Assembly (NCBI GenBank): GCA_051294375.1
Contig: CM119266.1
Span: 17,168,087 to 17,232,086 of the forward strand
Direction of reading: 5' to 3'
Source of the DNA: Paraspadella gotoi
Taxonomy: Eukaryota > Animalia > Chaetognatha
DNA: 64,000 bases
How positions within the stretch are numbered: position 1 is the stretch's first letter; every line of letters begins with the position of its first letter. A program made the translations under genes and the position numbers. A model generated the notes under the pieces. The model did not search any database and was not told where the DNA came from. It saw nothing but the letters and a program-made list of their open reading frames with translations. This document shows, piece by piece, positions 13,001 to 27,379 of this stretch.

Positions 13001-13262
13001 ACCAGTCAATTTTAAAATTACCTAAATTGACCCGACTCCCACTGATTCTCAAGGCCAAGTTGAGTTTTGCCTTCAAAACATAAAGAAAAGCGGGAAATAA
13101 AAATTGATAAATGTAGAAAAGAGGTGCCTGCTGTGGGCGAACAAATGGAAATTCCTTACTACAATATTTCTTAATGAATTGAAAGGTAAACGCTCCAATG
13201 CCAAAAGTGTCCCAAAACACTCAAAGGCCTGGTTTGCATGCTACTTTTGCCAATCACACTAA
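10008..13262 (+). CDS. Large secreted protein (about 1080 aa): signal peptide, Cys-rich N-terminus, two SRCR domains, unassigned central region, Cys-rich C-terminus; many indels in this copy
   Basis: Starts MKLTILLVFICAC (an in-frame ATG also at 9999). SRCR1 at about 10515-10816 is read across frameshifts as LKGG..SGNVF..VC..WNNNA.KVVC..SGYFGNTARNFIINDV.CNG.E..L.HC.H..DCSS..GV.C. SRCR2 at about 10835-11152 reads KLKGGVQKNEG.VY..CSDKWNRAASQV..FGSSEPFVINSNCKGNE..LAQC..SGAKC. The 3' part matches the clean ORF 6-641. There is no microsatellite or AT-rich interruption over 3.25 kb. Confidence 0.75.
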
Positions 13263-13681
13263 GATTTTGAAAAATCCACTATTCGTGATATAGAAGCAAG
13301 ATGACTACTAATGATAAATGACTACTGAACTGCTTTAGAAAGTAAACAATCATGGAGTTATTATAAAAAAATTAAAATGGGATCAGGCATTTTGGATCTG
13401 GCTTTGTCTCGTAAAAAGTGTATTTTATTCATTTATTTTGTGGTGATTTATTATAAAAAAACCTAGGGCCTTATTTTCCCATAACGCCCTATTTACAATT
13501 AAATTAATTTTACGGTTTAAAAGAGTAAGTTAAAAGGTTAGAGTTAGGGATTTGGTTAGTAATTTAAGCTTTTTCTAAGACCATTGCAAGTTCGCAGCAA
13601 AATAAGCCTATCTATAATAGTATAGAATTTATTTACTATCCGACAGACATACAATATTTAGCAGCAGACAGACAGATTTAC

Positions 13682-15106
13682 CTGGAAATTGAGAATGAGT
13701 GACGCTTTGTGCGGCCATCGGAGAGAAGACAACGATGTTAAGTAGATTTAGGATGAGACCTGAGAAAAGGAAAGTGAAATCATTGCTACAAGGACCTTCA
13801 TACACATAATTATAACAATTGTAAAAGTTGATAAACATTCTCCACGTTATCATTAAGGAAGCAGGTACACTGGAAGTTAATAAGCGACCAATGTTTTTGA
13901 GGCAGATAGCTAATTTAATAATATATTCATAAAAGAAATACTTTTTTGTGATAAGCATATAATGAAATATAAACCTAAATTATTTATTAACCCTATTAAA
14001 AATATTGCAGAATAGTAAAATAGATTTTAAATGAAACCCTATCATATATATGAGAAATGATCTAAACTGCTACAATATGTAAATGAGATTGGAGTTCTAT
14101 AACTCATTTATTGTGATTTAACATCGATTATGAGGAAAACGCTTTATGTTTATTTGAGCAATAATATTTCGTTAACATCGGCTTAACCAATAACCATAGT
14201 CATTTGTCGAAGTGTTAATCACCAAATATATGTACTCATACCGCCATATGCGATGACTCTAAGCAACTATAACTCATTGAAATGAACCACGAGTTTTCTG
14301 CCGCGAGACCGGATACTCCCCGCTCATCAGCAATAATATAGTTTTAATCCAGAACCAAAATTCTGGATAATCCGTGGTCATTTGTCGAGATTTCTCATTC
14401 CTCGTTTTTGACTTCGTTTTCCCATTAGCGTCTTGACAACCAATTAACAATGGGCGCCTGTCAAAAGCCTCGTTTGCCCAGTTCGTCCTGTTTTCGTCCG
14501 CATTTATAATGGGAACAGCCACTTCTGTATTTCATTTAACGTTTGAAACCTTTGATTATACTCAGGCTTAACGTAATATTTTAAGGCCGTAGAAAAAAAT
14601 TCACCTTTTCATAGATGATAAAATACAAACAAATTTTGGCCGGGGACTCGTCCAAAAACGACCCGTGGAAAATTAATCTCGCCTCTCTCTCTTCTCTTTC
14701 TCTCTCTCTCTCGTCCTCTCTGTCTCTCTCCTTCGTCCAAACAAAATTAAGTCGTTCGAGATAAAAACCCTTTTATGTCTCTTTTTTTTCATTCAAGTTC
14801 TTCATTTGTTTTTTTCAATCCATAATCTGTTTTTCAGGATTTCTCTTTCTTCTTGCTTCTTCTTCTCTTTTCTCTCTGGTAACTATTTTCTCTTTTTCCC
14901 TATCTCTTTTCTTTCTTTCTTTCTTTCTCTCTTTTTTCTTTCTTTTTTCTTTCTTTCTTTCTTTCTTTCTTTTTTTCCTTTCTTCTCTTATCTTTCTTTT
15001 CTTTATTTCTTTATTTTCTTTCCTTTTTTTTCTATTTTTTCTTTCTTTCTTTCTCCCTTTATTTCATTCTTTTTCTCACTCTCTCTCTATCTGTCGAGAA
15101 TATCCC

Positions 15107-15177
<71 letters not shown>

Positions 15178-15997
15178 AGAGAGCACCGGTTTTCTGGATC
15201 TTACAACGTAAATCAAAACTGAAAAAGATTGTTTTATTTCTAGAATTTTATACGTAAGGACATCTCAAAACTTCTAAAGACAAAAATAAATAATTAGGCA
15301 GTCATAATCCTAAGTAGGTCTAAACCTCTGACGGAAAAAATCCAGAGGTTTTTTAAATATAATCCCTATACCGGCAATGTAGAACAAGGGCAATATGGTT
15401 CATGTTAAGTAATAAGGGCAATATGGTTAATGTTAAGTAAAGTAAAGTGAATTATAGAAATAATTAACAAAAAATTTTGGGAAATCACCTCTTGGATGGA
15501 ATTTTTTGCCATAAAAGTATGACTCCGGATGAAACTCTTAAGAATTCCGATCGCTTTTAGCATTTTGTGTAAAATAAAATTCACCCAAAGCGAGTAGTTC
15601 ATCCTATCAATATTAATAACTAAATGAACATGTAAAGAAAATTTTACGAGCCCTTCAGACACTGGGGGCCAGAGGATCCCTTGAAGTCATTTGTTGAACC
15701 AATCCATCTGATATCCTAAGCAAATAAATTAAAAGATATTTTGATATTATGAACAACAGTTATAGTGGTCGTTCTCGGTCGTCGTAATGTATTCTATAGA
15801 TAAATCATAAAAAAGTTTTTTCTTAACGACGAAACCGAAAGTTTTCAAGAATATTTTAAATTAAGTCCCTGTGTTGTCATTTTCATTACCTGGCATGGTT
15901 GGAAGTGTGGTTAGTGAGGAGAGAGAGAATAGATTATTGGCGTGTATGGGGGAGGATAGATAGAGATAGAGAAAAAAAAGGAAGAAAGATTTGAGGC

Positions 15998-16045
<48 letters not shown>

Positions 16046-17255
16046 AGAGAGAGAGAGAGAGAGAGAAGAAGAGAGAGAAAAGAGAGCGCGGCCACAGATT
16101 ACGTTATTTATTTTGTGTCCAACGCAGTTTTCTTTTCTACAACCATGACAAACGTTCGTCGTTCTCACCTGTTTCCCCATTTAAATTCCCTCATGCAATT
16201 CAGGCAGCCGTCTTTGTCGTCCCGTCGGTCCTAGTCGGTCGTTCGGTCGTCGTCGTCGTCGGGGCGCCGTTGGGGAAATATAGCCCTTGTAAGAAAATAT
16301 AAAAAAAAAATAGAAAACAAAAAGATAATTTGGAGGCTAAAAATGTTGTTTAAATATTTTTAGATTTTCTTTGAATGAGGAGGAGGAAAGAAGAGAAAAA
16401 GGAAAAATGGAAAAGGAGAAAAAATTCCAAAGGTCAAAGAACAAGAGAAGAGGAAAAGATAAAAAGAGAATTTTGCAACAATAGTCAAGTATTTTTTCGA
16501 AAAGAATGACAGCAAAAACAAAAGAGTTTTATTCTGAAATTGTACAACCAATATAAAAATTATCCCATTAATTTAATAAATAAGGCTATCTTGTCCTTGC
16601 TTCGGCGGACATATGGATATATTATATTTATTATATATTTACTTTGAATTGATTTTTTAACTATATTTTTTTAAATATTATTTTCTTAACAACACCTATT
16701 TTCTACACAAACTTCCTTCCTTTCTCTCCTCCGTAACACAAATCATTATCGTAATCTGTTACTTATCCCAATAAGGCCTATTACCACAACCCTAGCCCAT
16801 ACTTTAAAATCTAGAACAAACATTTAATTCTGAATTTAAAGTTCAAATGGGGTGGGGGTGTTTCGGAAAAAAAAAAAAAAAAAATGGTCGCTAATTTTCT
16901 TTTCATTTTTGGTCACGATGATTCCAGTCTCTTTATTCCCAATTTGTTTAAATTTATTGTCACGAGATTTAATTATTATTTTTTTTTTTTTTTTTTTTCA
17001 GCTTCCTCCTTCGCGACAACCGGAATAACGAATTATCACAGCGACGTGACATGTGACATGACATGAAACGACATGACTGAATGACATTGTACTTTTATTT
17101 CTGTATTTCGTTCCGTTTACTTGTCTCTACTCACGGACGCACGACGAAGGATCGTCGGAGGAAGAAGATAAACGTAGAAGGCGATTCGTTCGTATTTTCG
17201 CGGGTCTTTCGTCGTAGTCGGCGGATGGGAACCGTTGGGGGGTGCCGATGGAGCC
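13682..17255 (-). CDS. Second (noisy) copy of the two GPCR exons
   Basis: 13682-13759 matches exon B (GLILNLLNIVVFS appears in ORF 13629-13958). About 17135-17255 matches exon A with indels. Confidence 0.6.
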
Positions 17256-17491
17256 TTGTGGAAAGGGGGTAAGGAATGGAGTGAATGAGATGAATGAGCT
17301 GAATGAATGAAGATAAAGAAATAAGCAGATTAAAGAATTAACGGAATGAATTTGTTAAATAGATAAATGAAGTGATAGAGAATGGATGAATTAATTTAAA
17401 GAAATTACTGAAATGAAAATAAAGGAATTAACATTATAAATTAATTAAACAAATTAATTATTAAATGTAGGGAACCACGGAATTAAATGCT

Positions 17492-17554
<63 letters not shown>

Positions 17555-17869
17555 GAGAGAGGAGACAGAGAGAGAGAGAGAGGAGAGAGAGAGAGGAGAG
17601 AGAGAGAAAGCCATGAGCAATATTACTCGGAATACAAACTTTGGTGTTGGATGATATATTTTAAAAATTCATTTATGAAAAGTTTTAGCTTTATGAACGC
17701 AAAATAACCGTAGTTATATAACAATAGCCTGCAATTTTGACTTAAAGACAGAAAATTCGGTCCGATTCAACATTGTTTATCTTTAGGAATAAAAAAATCT
17801 TTCTAAAAAGGACCTTAGTGCCAAAAAGACGATGTAACCTAGTTACTTTGATCAAAAATAGTTTTAGTA

Positions 17870-17902
<33 letters not shown>

Positions 17903-18476
17903 TCTTCTCTCCTCTCTCCTCTCACTCTCTCTCTCTCTCTCCTCTCTCTCTAAAAGATAAAAAGAAACGCCCCTTGTCATCACATTTTTTAGACAAACTC
18001 GACCATTTTATTCAACTTAAATTTTTTATCTTTTAATTTTTTCTTATGACTCAGATTTTGAATAAAAGGAGAAATCAGAAGAGAAACGAATGTTCAGTAC
18101 TTCGCCATTTTTTTTTGTCGAATTTAACTTCAAATTTTAAATTTATCTAAACTTTTTTGTAAGTATTTTGTGATTTTTTACTCAGTATTATCATATGTTT
18201 TTTTTTATTTATTTGTTCTTCGCTTTTCTTGAGGTTAATTTTTTATTAAAAATGTTTTTATTCTTTTTTCTTTTTTTTTTTTGAACATTTACTTTTGTTT
18301 CAATTATTTTTAACTAAATTTCGGTTCATTTCATTTCTCTCTTTTTCATTTAGAAAAAAGTTTTTATTATCTCGGTCATAATTCTCGGTTTTATCCGACA
18401 TCTCCCCATGTCATTTTCTCCTGTCGTTATTTCTTATAATCTCCACTGTCATCTTTCAGCGACAACCTCAGCCACA

Positions 18477-20484
18477 AAGAAGATCTTCGTCGCCATTTGC
18501 CTTTTTGTCTTCGCTTCTCTCGCCTTCCCGCTCAAACTCACCGTCAGCCTCACCTCGCGTCAACGAAGTCTCATCCTTAGCAGAGGTAAGTTCGATCGAG
18601 CAACACAAATACGAACTGAAAACAGGGATAATTGCTTGATCATGTGTTGGAAATCTTACGTAATTATGTCCGTCTAACATACAATTAACAAATCTTTTTT
18701 TTCCTTCGTTCTCTCTCTTCCCTTTCCCCCTTCCCCCTCTCTCCCTGCTCTTTTCTCTCTTTCTTCCCACTCTGCTTTATTTCCACCTCTTATCCTTCTC
18801 TCCACTCTCCCTCACCCACTCCTCTCATTCTCTCCCCCCTCTTCTCTCGCATACCCCCTTCTCCCCTCCCCTCTCTCTTCTCTTTTTCCCGCTATTCCTC
18901 CCCTTCTCCACTTCTAACCACCTCCCTTCGCCTTTCTCCCCCCTTCTGACCCTCTCCCCCATTCTCCACTCTCCTCTCTCCTCCTCCCGCCCCCTCTCCT
19001 CCACTCTCCACATCCTAACCCCACCTCCCCTTCGCCTTCTCCCTTCTTTTCCCGCTCCCGCCTTTCCACTCTCCCTTTCTCTCCTCCCTCCCCTGCCCCT
19101 TTCCTCCCTTCTCCACTCTCTAACGCGCCACCGTCCCCTTTCTCTCCTCCTCCCCTGCCCCTCTTCCTCCCTTCTCCCTCACTCTCATGCAGCCACCGCA
19201 TTCGCGACAGTCTCCGTAGTCCACGGCACAGACGGCGAGCGGGTGCTTCTCCATTTTGGCAAGAGCTTTGTTTCGGAGCGGCCTTTGAACGAAACGCCCC
19301 GGCCAATTGGGCTGGGTCAGCGAAAGATCGTGCCCACGCGAGCTCACTGCAAACTGTGCCCCGCTTCAAACCTCAGCCGCAGCCTTTTCCTCATTATATT
19401 TTAGTAATTGGCATAATTTTTTTGGGGGGCCTAAAGAATTTAACCGATTTGCTGATACAAAATTATTAATTTTTTTACGCATCAGCTTTAAACTCAAGTA
19501 AATGATTTATATCCAGATAACAGATTTCCTATTTTCTTTCTCGATCAAATTTGAGTTAATACAAAATTTATATTTGCTTTTCTCAATCAGCTTAAAGTTT
19601 TAAGCCAAATGCTTTATACCATTGGCTGATACATAGTTAATATTTTCACCCAGATCAGCTTCAAATTCTCCCTCTAAGAGAGGTCTGCCAGCGGACATCA
19701 GCCTTTCCAACCTGCTCAGCCGCTTAAGCTGCAGAGGTCACCCAGTTTGTTACCAGTTCGTTGGATCCAAACGAACGAAAATTGCAGGTAAAGATTTTAA
19801 CTTTATTTTATTTTTAAATTTATTTATTTATTTAATTGTAGCATTATTAAATTTATTTTAATCTATATCCTTTTGTTTAATTCATTTTAGTTTATTATTA
19901 ATAATCTGAAATATTTTGATTTCCTTTAGTATGAAGGATTATATTTTGTCTGATTTGTTGTGATTTTGATTTTATTAATTCAAGTCATTGATTAATTAAT
20001 TTTATTTATTTCTTATATTTGGTTAAATTTGGTTTTGAATTTAATTTTATATCATTTGTAGTGGGTTTTTATTTGTTGTATTTGATTTTATTTTGGTTTG
20101 ATTTTAATTTGATTAGTAAGATTTAAGTATTCTAGACTAACATCAGCGCTTGACAATACTTAATGCCAAGCATCTGATCCAAATTAAACAATCATTTTGA
20201 ACCTACTCCGACACACGACGGTGTGGATGTTCTCTGTGAAGACTTGTTCGCAGCAAAAATGGTGGCTACATCAAGAGATAAGAAATTGCAGGTGTGATAT
20301 ATAGTGGAAATGTGTTTGTGTAGTATTCTCAGATTATTACATAAACCTTTATTTCTATAGGTCACCCCGACATGGGAAGTACAAGTGTTTGGGTCTGCGT
20401 ATCCTTGGCAACCATGACGAGGGTTGTCCAGCATCAGAAACATCAGACTTTGGGAAAAAGTACATCATTCTCTCAGAAATTTGA
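18477..20484 (+). CDS. Second (noisy, frameshifted) copy of the discoidin-like gene
   Basis: Colinear with 5629-7586. The ATG reads AAG and there are scattered 1-nt indels typical of uncorrected long reads. Confidence 0.65.
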
Positions 20485-23400
20485 ATGAGTGAATCAGATT
20501 TTTAGGTTTGGCTTTTTGAATTTATTATATTCTTGCTTAGATTTTTCGAAATAATTTTAAGGTTTCGTGTTTGCAGAACAAATGGTTTATTTATTTGAAA
20601 TAGAACAAAATGATTTTATTTTATTTATTTGTTTTGATCCCTACATTAATAAGATTCCTTTCTAAAACGTATATATTTTATTTTTTTTCATCATTACATC
20701 TTTTAATCCGGTATTTATTCATTATTTAATTGTGGTGGTTTTAAGTTACGCCTTTGATAACGCGCAAATAAAATATTTGGTTTCATTTTCATGCTGTCTT
20801 TGTGTAATTTGTTTCTAACTTGAAAAAAGATCATAAGCGCTATTCATTTTCAGACATTTAGTTATTTTGGGATGATGAAGTGAGAGAGAGAGAAAGAGAA
20901 AAATATATTGACTTCCCCAATGCCGAGGTGATTAAAAAGAAAAAAATATTTGTTTGTGGCGCTTGAAGAGGGCTAAAAAAAAGAACAACACTCGCTCTGT
21001 TACAAAACCAAACATGGCAAAGTAAAGGGTCTCTCTTTTCCCTCTCTCTCCTCTTCGTCTCTCTCTCTTTTCTCCTCTTCGATCGTCGTCTTCTCTCTCT
21101 CTCATCGTCTTTTCCTCTCTCTCTCTCTTTTAAATTCCACTCTTATCCATCTCGCCGCTTCTATCTCTCTCTCCTCGTTCCTCTCTCTCTCTCTCTCTCT
21201 CCCTCTCATTCTCTCTCTTCTCCTCTCTCTCTCTCTTTCTTTTTTTCCTCTTTTTTCTCTATCTTCTCCCTTTACACGCGCAATAATTATCTGCAATGGT
21301 CAAATTTTGATCCAAGTCATAAGGAATCATTCATGCAGCCAAGAAAATTATCTCTGGCGTCACTCTCATATCTTTTTTTCTTTTTCTTTCATTCTCTCAT
21401 CTCTCCTCTTGCTCTCATTCACTATCATCAATTTTTTTTTTTAAAAGAAGTAAAATGTTTTTTTTTTAATTGGCTTTAAGCGCAAAATTCAATTAGAATT
21501 TTTTCAAAAAGAAACAAAAAGGAAAAAAAAAAATCGTTGAAGAAAAAATTGAATTCATTTGTATTCAAATTTATTAAAAACAATTTTTTTTAAAAAATTT
21601 TAAAATTCACCGAAGAAAATATTTAGTTTGAGTATCTTAGTATCTTAATGAAGAACAGGAAGGTTCAAGAGCCCCCCCCCGCGCCCCAGTTCCGCTGAAG
21701 CCGCTGCCACCGCCATTTTCCATCGGCCCTCGACTCGTTAAATGTTCCAGGTATCTAGATTTTTTATTAAAAATTATTATTTTTCTTTTACCCATGTTTC
21801 CTTTTCTTTTTGCTTTGTCCCAGTTTTTTTTGGGAAAACCTTTCAAGCAATTTTTCTTATCAGTTTTTTTTTTCACCGAACCCTCTCGCCTCTCCTCTTT
21901 TTCTCTCTCTCTCTCTTCACCTCTTTCTCTGCTCTCCCTCTCTCTCTTTCTCTCTCTCTCTCCTTTAATCCTTCCTATCCGCTCCCCCTTTCGTCTCTTC
22001 ACTGCTGCTTTTGTCTTTCTTTTTGATTGTTATTTTCTCTCACATTTGTATAATTCATTCGTCTCTCTCCTCTTTCTCTCTCTCTCTCTCTCTCCTCTCC
22101 TCTCTCCTCTCTCTCTCTCTCTCTCTTCTCTCGTCGTCTCTCTCCCATCTCTCTCTCGGTCTCTCTCTCTCTCATCCTCCTTTTTATCCTTAGCAAATTC
22201 TCTCTTTTTTTACCTCAAATATTTGCTTTTTTCTCTCCAATGTTCCTTCGGCTGCAGATTCAGTCATTCTCATTGCTGATTTTCCTTTCCAATTGATTTT
22301 TCTTTCCCCCAGCAGGTTTTTTATAACGGGAACAGGTGTCCAAATTTGATAGCAGGTGTTGGTGATAATTACCAGTTAAATAACTCATTATGCGAAGTTA
22401 AATTGGACGGACTGTTGAGTTCAACGAAGTTGACTCGTTATTTGTACATGTGTACAATGTAACAATGTACAATGTAATTGTACATGTACTTTTATTTAAT
22501 TAATTCGTCTTAAGTTGATTAACCTAAAGTTTTCTTCTTTTTTCTTTTTTTTTTTCTTTTTGTTGATGTCAGATTTTTCTATCTTCTTCTTCAAGTCGAA
22601 TGGTTTCTGGTTAGAATAGGGATTGAGAGAGAGAGGAAGAGAGAGAGAAGAGAGAGAGCAGAGAGAGAAGAGGCCCACGGGAGAAAATTTAAATAGCGAG
22701 AAATAGATTAAGAAATTTGAAAGTTTAAGGTAAGTTTTAGGTTAAAGAAAAGGAAACAGAATTAAAATGATTGTTGAAAAAATAAATTCTCTTGCTATTA
22801 TCTTTCAGGTAAGTCACCATTAAAATTAGTAGCAATCCATTTAAAATTATAATAATCGTTAAGTTAACCTATCTTTTTTTCCAGAGGAGGACCTACAAGC
22901 TTTTAAATCAAGACTCTTCTTACAGGTTTAGTTCAATTTTATTTTTAATTAATCTTTCCTAAACTTTTATATTATGAAATTGGTACAACCAATTATATTA
23001 TTCTCTTACAAAATCTTTTTTTGAACCCTAATAGAAAGATACAGTACAATACTTTAGCTTTTGCTTTGAAACGGAATGTAGTCCTATCACCTCTCTCTCG
23101 TCGTCTCCTCTCTCTCGTCTCTCTCTCTCTTCTCTCTCTCTCTTTTCTCTCTCTCTCTCTCTCGTCTCCGTCTCTCTCCTCTCTCTCTATCTCTCTCCTC
23201 TCCTCTCTCTCTCTTCTTTTTATGCGTNNNNNNNNNNNNNNNNNNNNNNNNNTTTTATGACGTTTTTGAGTCGCGGATAAAAATAATCAATCTTTAATTT
23301 TAATTCTTTTGCTTCTGTTAATCGTTTTAACTCCATAATTTTTCTTTAATCTTTTGTTTTGATGCTTAAGTTTTATTGTTTTTCATTTTCTCGATAATAA

Positions 23401-23705
23401 TCGACTTTCATTTTTTTTTCTTTCGCAACAAACGCGACTTGTGAAAAATCCGTCATTAATAATTTTATTATTTATACTTTTTTTTAATTACCTAGGAAGA
23501 AATTAAACTAAAGAAGAGAGAGATCACATAAATCCCTTAACAACTTATTTCTCAAATCTCTCTCTTACCACCTCAATCTCCATTATTAAACAAATATTTA
23601 TTTTTGAACTTGAAAACCTGCTTTTAGAATTCCGAAAATTCAAGTTTCTGAAATATATATTATATATATAAATAATTGGCAGATTTTCTATTTTAGATGA
23701 ATAAA

Positions 23706-26700
23706 ATGAAGTTAACCATTTTGCTCGTTTTCATCTGCGCCTGCCTTTTGCTCAAGTTTGCCCTGTAATCAAGGGAAAAAAGGAATGTAATGAATAAGGG
23801 TCTATCTGCTTATTTGATGCCAAAAAGAGAAGCGTCATCAATTTGAGAAGAAAGGTTATGTGCGATTCTCGCGATCATGCGGTGGTCTCTGACTATTATT
23901 GCTGTAAACATACTTGCTGGTGGGAAAAACGAGCCAGAATACGCTGAAGACGTGGGTGGAAGCGTACGGATGAGGTACTGTGTTATTTGTCCATCAGAAG
24001 TGGGAAAAATGCAATTGCAAAAAAGTCGATCTGGAACAACTATGAGTGCAGTCTCTCATCTTCGCACAGAGAGTTCCATTCTGCAAAGATAAATTCTGGT
24101 GTAGAACGATAGAAATTGCATCCTCACACAAGAAATGCAACAGCTACAATGTACTGTTGGAAATTTTAACGATGAAAGAGGCCTGTAAAATTGCCATGCC
24201 AACCTGCCCATAACACTTAAAGGGTGGACTAGCCAGGTGTGTCAGGTAATGTGTTTATTGTGGGCGGGCCACAGTGTGTCGAAGATCATGGAACAATAAT
24301 GCAGGCTAAGGTTGTTTGCAAGAAAACTCAACTCTCAGGACATACATTCGCTAATTGCTCGTCATTCTGGTTATTTTGGAAACACAGCTCGAAATTTTAT
24401 AATCAATGATGTAAGAATGCAATGGAAGAGAAATCGGACTTTGCGTCATTGCCTTCACAGATACAATGATTGATAGATTGCTCTTCTCAGCAGTGGGTTC
24501 GGGGGTTGAGATGCATGGACCCGCTTTAAAGACAAAGTTAAAAGGAGGAGTTCAAAAAAATGAAGGATTGTGTTTATCTAGTGGGTACGTACTCGCATGT
24601 AGTGATAAGTGGGAATCGTGCAGCTAGCCAGGTCCATCTGGCAATCGTTTTACAAAGCCAAAGTTTCCTGAATATAACTATGTTCGCCGTTTTTCAGAAA
24701 CTGGTAGTAATTTTTGGCTCGAGTGAACCGTTTGTAATCAACAGTAACTGCAAAAGGAAATGAAAAATTCCTTGCCCCAATGTAGAAATCTTTTTAGAAC
24801 TGCAAAACGACAATGCTTGTAAAGAAAGTTAAGGTTCAGGTGCTAAATGTACTACACAGTATAGATTTCAATATTGAAGAAGTAAATGGACAAATGACCC
24901 CGATCAAACAAATATTGTCGAATAGCATTAAGGACCTGTCTTCCACTTGTTATGACTGGAAATTGTAAAGAGTCTTATAAAACTCAATCCAATTATTGGC
25001 AAAACAAAAGGCTGCTTTGGAAGACCTCAATTGATTCTGGAAAAATAGTAAAAAAGAAGATATTACTCACAAACACAGTTTAATGTCATAGAGGATTGAA
25101 ACACAATTTTATGAAAAGTCAATGTCGGGGCATTACAAAATTCTTTGAACGGTTTACAAATCGCATATAAACGAACTTTCAGTCATCAATTATCGCAATA
25201 TTTTGTTCAAAGATCTAATTATCAAGAGGCAAGACTTGCTGGGAGAAAATATCTGATCTTAAAATCTTGTTAGAAGATACCACTGCCGAAAAAGAACAAG
25301 AAGCTAAATTCGAGTCCCTGGTAAAAATACTGATACAACACGAGTACGATAGTGGTCGCCGCAGAATTTGTTCATCGCATGATAAGACTAGCTTTTCAGG
25401 ATAGTTCAGACCCTATATGCAAGCTGATCCTACAGTTCTCTCTTGATGTTGACGATGGCTTGCTGCGGTCGCCAAAGCAAGGGAATAACTTGTAAAAATT
25501 CATTTTTTGGTAAGTTTACTTCCTAATTTTCCCAGACAGCGAAAAGAATTGGTAAACAATATGAAGGTAAATAAGGAGGCATTATTGCTTTAGCCGATTG
25601 TTGGAATAAAATAACCAAAAACCTATGATATGAAAGGGCTAAAAATATGTGACTCTTTCAATATCAAGCCCTTACAGACGGCAGACTTAAATCAGATATT
25701 CAAACTTATTTGGAGGATTTATAGTGATGGTCTGTGGCGATGTACTTTTTGATGGTGAAACTTTGACGTAGTCAACTTGCGGCAACAGGAGCAACGAAAT
25801 CAAGGAATCTGTCGCATAAAACAAAATTAGCAAGCAAGCCAGAGTGTTGCTTATCAATGAGCACTTTGACAATACTTATCAAAGTATGGGTAATTACTTG
25901 AAGGACATTGCAAAAAGGCAAGTTGGAGGTTCATCTTGCCTCCATGCAGATGGCTTCAACTTTATCAAACCTTTTAGGGAACGCAAGTAGATTATGGAAA
26001 TAACGAAACTACAATCAAATGATTAGTTTGAGACCTTGAAAAAGCGGTATTTGATTGATGCAGCTTGTCCAAACGAATGACTTACAAATGAACCCAAAAC
26101 CAAATTGAAGGAATTCCTGTGTGCCCAGCTTGAAACAAAAAATATGGATGGGAACCTTGGTCCTCTTATGTCCTTTGACTTTGACCGTGGAGATGTGCAG
26201 TGAATCCACAAACGTTGAAAAATATATCAACTTTCCTAATGATACAAAATGAATCCAGATTTTGAATAACTGATAATATTTCCCGAAGCCAATCAAACGA
26301 GTCAATGTAATTTCAAATTCGTGACATCAATGGTTAGCCGACCATGGAATGGATTGACCAATATTCCACGAAATTCGTCCCATTTTATACTCAAATCAAT
26401 TAATGTTATTCCTTCCTCCCCAATTCTTCAGTCCTGTAGATGGCCTTTCTAATTCCACCGCATTTGTTTTAGTTGAAAACAAAATCGGGGATGCAATCTG
26501 GGAATTTTCATGATAGATTGATTGGGCGAGAACAGATGTGCTAATGCATGGAGTCTGTAGCAAATACCAAGCCCAGTCCATATGATTTGCCGCGGTGTCC
26601 AAGCAATGCTAAAGTCTGTTTGACTTCCGAAGGCAAATTTTATGGTCCATGTATCCAAGTCTTCTAGCAAGATTTAGCATTAAGATTCGTACACAACAAC

Positions 26701-26960
26701 CAGTCAATTTTAAAATTACCTAAATTGACCCGACTCCCACTGATTCTCAAGGCCAAGTTGAGTTTTGCCTTCAAAACATAAAGAAAAGCGGGAAATAAAA
26801 ATTGATAAATGTAGAAAAGAGGTGCCTGCTGTGGGCGAACAAATGGAAATTCCTTACTACAATATTTCTTAATGAATTGAAAGGTAAACGCTCCAATGCC
26901 AAAAGTGTCCCAAAACACTCAAAGGCCTGGTTTGCATGCTACTTTTGCCAATCACACTAA
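23706..26960 (+). CDS. Third copy of the SRCR protein gene (same as 10008-13262)
   Basis: Constant +13,698 offset, identical ORF-track translations and the same frameshifts. Confidence 0.7.
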
Positions 26961-27379
26961 GATTTTGAAAAATCCACTATTCGTGATATAGAAGCAAGAT
27001 GACTACTAATGATAAATGACTACTGAACTGCTTTAGAAAGTAAACAATCATGGAGTTATTATAAAAAAATTAAAATGGGATCAGGCATTTTGGATCTGGC
27101 TTTGTCTCGTAAAAAGTGTATTTTATTCATTTATTTTGTGGTGATTTATTATAAAAAAACCTAGGGCCTTATTTTCCCATAACGCCCTATTTACAATTAA
27201 ATTAATTTTACGGTTTAAAAGAGTAAGTTAAAAGGTTAGAGTTAGGGATTTGGTTAGTAATTTAAGCTTTTTCTAAGACCATTGCAAGTTCGCAGCAAAA
27301 TAAGCCTATCTATAATAGTATAGAATTTATTTACTATCCGACAGACATACAATATTTAGCAGCAGACAGACAGATTTAC

